Of a DNA stretch of 64,000 bases, positions 61,487 through 64,000 are shown piece by piece. The notes below the pieces were generated by a model. It had not been told where the DNA came from, searched no databases, and saw only the letters and a list, made by a program, of their open reading frames with translations. The stretch covers positions 1,536,001 through 1,600,000 of the forward strand of contig OY781066.1 of NCBI GenBank assembly GCA_963676395.1, written 5' to 3'. Numbering within the stretch: position 1 is the stretch's first letter; each line of letters begins with the position of its first letter. The translations under genes were made by a program, and so were the position numbers. This stretch comes from a bacterium (lineage in GTDB: Bacteria; Fidelibacterota; Fidelibacteria; Fidelibacterales; Fidelibacteraceae).

Positions 61487-63450
61487 TAGTTTTTAATGGC
61501 GATGACCACGGGTTGAGCCAAACGTGTGACTTTACCGGTGGAGCGTTCAATAACTTCCATATGCATCAGGTAAGTACCGGGAGCAAGACTGCGATTGAGT
61601 TCGTCTCGACCGTTCCAGTTTTTCTCCAGTGACCAACTTACACCGTGATATTCATCGGTGAGCGTGGTGATATAACGACCTGCAGCATCATATACACGAA
61701 TGATCACACGGGCTTCATCGGGATATTCGTATGTGTATTGAATGGTTTCGCCAAGTTGAGGTACAAAGGGATAAGGTGCAACGTTCAAGGAAACATTGCC
61801 TGCGCCCGGTTCACCATCGGTCCATGCGACAATATCCGAAGCATAAGCCGGCGTCATCTGTGCCGAATTGCTGTAGAACCCAACAATACCTGTAACTTCT
61901 ACGGCGTTTCCGCTTTGAAGAAGTGAATCGGCTGTTGCATCCGAGAGGAGATTTGTCGAATCCCAAATGCGCAGGGTCAATGACTGGTTCCCATCGTCGA
62001 TCGTGATATTAGAACCGCCGCCAATACCGTCTGCACGGTCGGTGACCTGTCCCTTAACCGTAACTAATGTACCTTCGAGTTCCATAAAGTTATTATTCAA
62101 TGCAGCGTTGCTCAATTCGGCGATAGCGGGAAGATCCGTTGTGCCTTTTGCAACTGCCGTTACATCTTTAATCTGTTTGGAATCGTTATATTGTGAAAGC
62201 GTACCTGTTACTTCAACGATAGTACCGCGTGCAAAGCCGCTCATAGCTGAGCCAAACACATAAATTCCGCGACCGGAATCATCTTGAATGTAAGAAGCAT
62301 AGGTGTTGATAAGTCCCATTTCAACCGTTACAACGGCTGTAACCGTTACGGTTGTTTCTTCTAAAGTGTCAAAGTTGTTACGCAGGTAAGCAATGGATTG
62401 AGTTTCAACAAAAGCCTCAATGCTTTTTGAGGAAGCTAAGGTCGAGTCTTTAAGCCCCAATGTGTTTTCTGCACGAACATAGTAGGTAAAAGTACCCGTT
62501 GCTCCGAGAGGGGCAATGCTGAGTGCGTAGCTGTTTGCTTCGTCACCGGCGGGCATATCTACGATCTCGGTCGTTCCGTCAAAAGTATAAACACATTCAA
62601 CCGAAGATAAACCTTGAACATCAACAACCGTGGCTGAGATATGCAGGGTATCGTTTTCATTGGGTGACGTGGGGTCAAAAACAACATTACTGAGAACCGG
62701 ACGTGATGAAGCCAACGTTGTTACCTGCCAGGTTGTACCCAGATTTTCAGAGGTTTCATCGTTGCCGGTGATACCATTACCGCCGGATGTGGTTTCTGAC
62801 CCTTCGCTTTCATCAATACGTGCCAGCTTTTCACCGTCTATATGCACGGGCAAGGAAGCCTGGCTTGTAACCGGTGTATCGTTTAGGTAAGTGGCCACAC
62901 CGCTTTTATTAACGCCATGTGAGGTATTACCCCAAAGTAAGTAATCAACGTCCTGAACCGTTGCCGCCGAACCGTCCCATGTGAACAGGACAAGGGTCTC
63001 AGCAGTGTTATCCAGTTTTGCGTTAGGTGAAGCCCCGATGGTTTTTACGCCATCAACGGCATAACGCATGGTGTCGTTACCGCTACCTTTAAGGTAAAGA
63101 TCCGGGAGTTCACCGTATTCGCTTTGATAGTCCGAATCACGGCCTAGTCCCAATGTGATGCTTTCGCCGGCTGCCAAAGACATAGCAGGGAAGCGGGCGA
63201 TAAAATCGGATCCGCTGCCTGACCAATAATCGGCGCCATCGGCGAGTTTGTAATAGTATTTTCCGTTTGTCGTATCGGTTGCATCGGTAATATAGTAATT
63301 ATCAAGAGAAATGGCCGAAGCGGTCGGATTCTTGATTTTTACATATTCGCCGGTGGAAGGCTGGAGCACCACTTCAGTGAAGATAAGGTGCCCCTGAGCC
63401 ATTGCCAATATCGGCAAAAGGAAGAGGATGAATAGATTGCGTAGTTTCAT
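61486..63450 (-). CDS. Secreted lamin-tail-domain + OB-fold protein with FlgD-Ig / type-B-like C-terminal sorting domain
   Basis: Signal peptide; FTEV..GEYVKIKNP (LTD); YIQDDSGRGIYV and IDDG..LRIW (OB folds of the type found in extracellular nucleases); RVYDAAGR..WNGRD..PGTY tail. Confidence 0.8.
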   Translation of the reverse strand: MKLRNLFILFLLPILAMAQGHLIFTEVVLQPSTGEYVKIKNPTASAISLDNYYITDATDTTNGKYYYKLADGADYWSGSGSDFIARFPAMSLAAGESITLGLGRDSDYQSEYGELPDLYLKGSGNDTMRYAVDGVKTIGASPNAKLDNTAETLVLFTWDGSAATVQDVDYLLWGNTSHGVNKSGVATYLNDTPVTSQASLPVHIDGEKLARIDESEGSETTSGGNGITGNDETSENLGTTWQVTTLASSRPVLSNVVFDPTSPNENDTLHISATVVDVQGLSSVECVYTFDGTTEIVDMPAGDEANSYALSIAPLGATGTFTYYVRAENTLGLKDSTLASSKSIEAFVETQSIAYLRNNFDTLEETTVTVTAVVTVEMGLINTYASYIQDDSGRGIYVFGSAMSGFARGTIVEVTGTLSQYNDSKQIKDVTAVAKGTTDLPAIAELSNAALNNNFMELEGTLVTVKGQVTDRADGIGGGSNITIDDGNQSLTLRIWDSTNLLSDATADSLLQSGNAVEVTGIVGFYSNSAQMTPAYASDIVAWTDGEPGAGNVSLNVAPYPFVPQLGETIQYTYEYPDEARVIIRVYDAAGRYITTLTDEYHGVSWSLEKNWNGRDELNRSLAPGTYLMHMEVIERSTGKVTRLAQPVVIAIKN

Positions 63451-63461
63451 AGTCACTCTTC

Positions 63462-64000
63462 TTATTTAATGAGAACAACTTTCTGAGTTGCGACATTGTT
63501 GTCAGCATTCAAGCGAATAAAATAAACACCTGATGTGAAGTTTGACGCATTCCAGACGTATTTATAAACACCGGCTTGAGCGTAACCCGATGAAAGGACA
63601 CTCATGTTCTGACCGGCGATATTGTAAACCGAGATCTCATAATCGGATGCTTCCGTTAATGAGAATTCAATGGTTGTTGAAGGGTTAAAGGGGTTAGGGT
63701 ATGCTTTGTTAATTGCAAAGCTTTCGGGGGTACAGTCTTCGCAAATGCTTACATCATCTGTAATGTCATCGCTGTAACCAACGAGTAATTGATGTTCGCT
63801 TGAGTATTTGCTGCCTACACCTGTGATGGCATATTCTGTACCAATGGTGTAAGTTGAAGGATCAATTCCGGTGGTTGGCCATACTTTAACAATGGCTGAG
63901 TCAGTTCCCGAGGTTAAGATCATATTCTTGGAGGATGAGAAATCTTGAACTTCGGAAAGTGTACCGGTAACGGTAACCAATGTACCTTCGTAATTATCGT
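63462..64000 (-). CDS. Secreted OB-fold protein with T9SS-like C-terminal tail, partial (5' end outside the window)
   Basis: Frame open to the window end (..DNYEGTLVTVTGT..); OB-fold-like repeat; AYPNPFNP...KVVLIK. Confidence 0.85.
   Translation of the reverse strand, partial: DNYEGTLVTVTGTLSEVQDFSSSKNMILTSGTDSAIVKVWPTTGIDPSTYTIGTEYAITGVGSKYSSEHQLLVGYSDDITDDVSICEDCTPESFAINKAYPNPFNPSTTIEFSLTEASDYEISVYNIAGQNMSVLSSGYAQAGVYKYVWNASNFTSGVYFIRLNADNNVATQKVVLIK

Overview
This is a 64-kb chromosomal window from an AT-rich bacterium of the FCB superphylum. Several secreted proteins carry 'YPNPFNP' T9SS-like sorting tails, and PorV/PorP-like barrels are present. Candidatus Marinimicrobia or a relative is my inference, not a tested assignment. 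Housekeeping content includes hflKC, pyrC, ilvE, nnr, pgk-tpiA-secG-tRNA-Leu(GAG), DUF721-gyrB-gyrA-yggS-ssb-mgtE and pckA. I found no CRISPR array, prophage or intact transposase. The most notable observations are: (1) a tightly coupled minus-strand operon (55.1 kb to beyond 64 kb) encoding secreted OB-fold/lamin-tail proteins, three outer-membrane barrels (one carrying ComEA-type helix-hairpin-helix DNA-binding domains) and a periplasmic 5'-nucleotidase, which looks like a dedicated extracellular-DNA capture/utilisation locus; (2) a single 1929-aa ORF fusing AddA and AddB, with two nuclease domains and an Fe-S motif; (3) an MtnA-class II aldolase fusion; (4) decayed four-helix-bundle elements and inverted 6-8-mer microsatellite scars in many intergenic spacers; (5) several apparent pseudo-enzymes (PNP-like, transglutaminase-like, eIF2B-like); (6) a signal-peptide NiSOD; and (7) an 11-bp-periodic TTAAG operator upstream of a secreted lamin-tail protein. 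All calls come from motif recognition by eye; no database searches were run.
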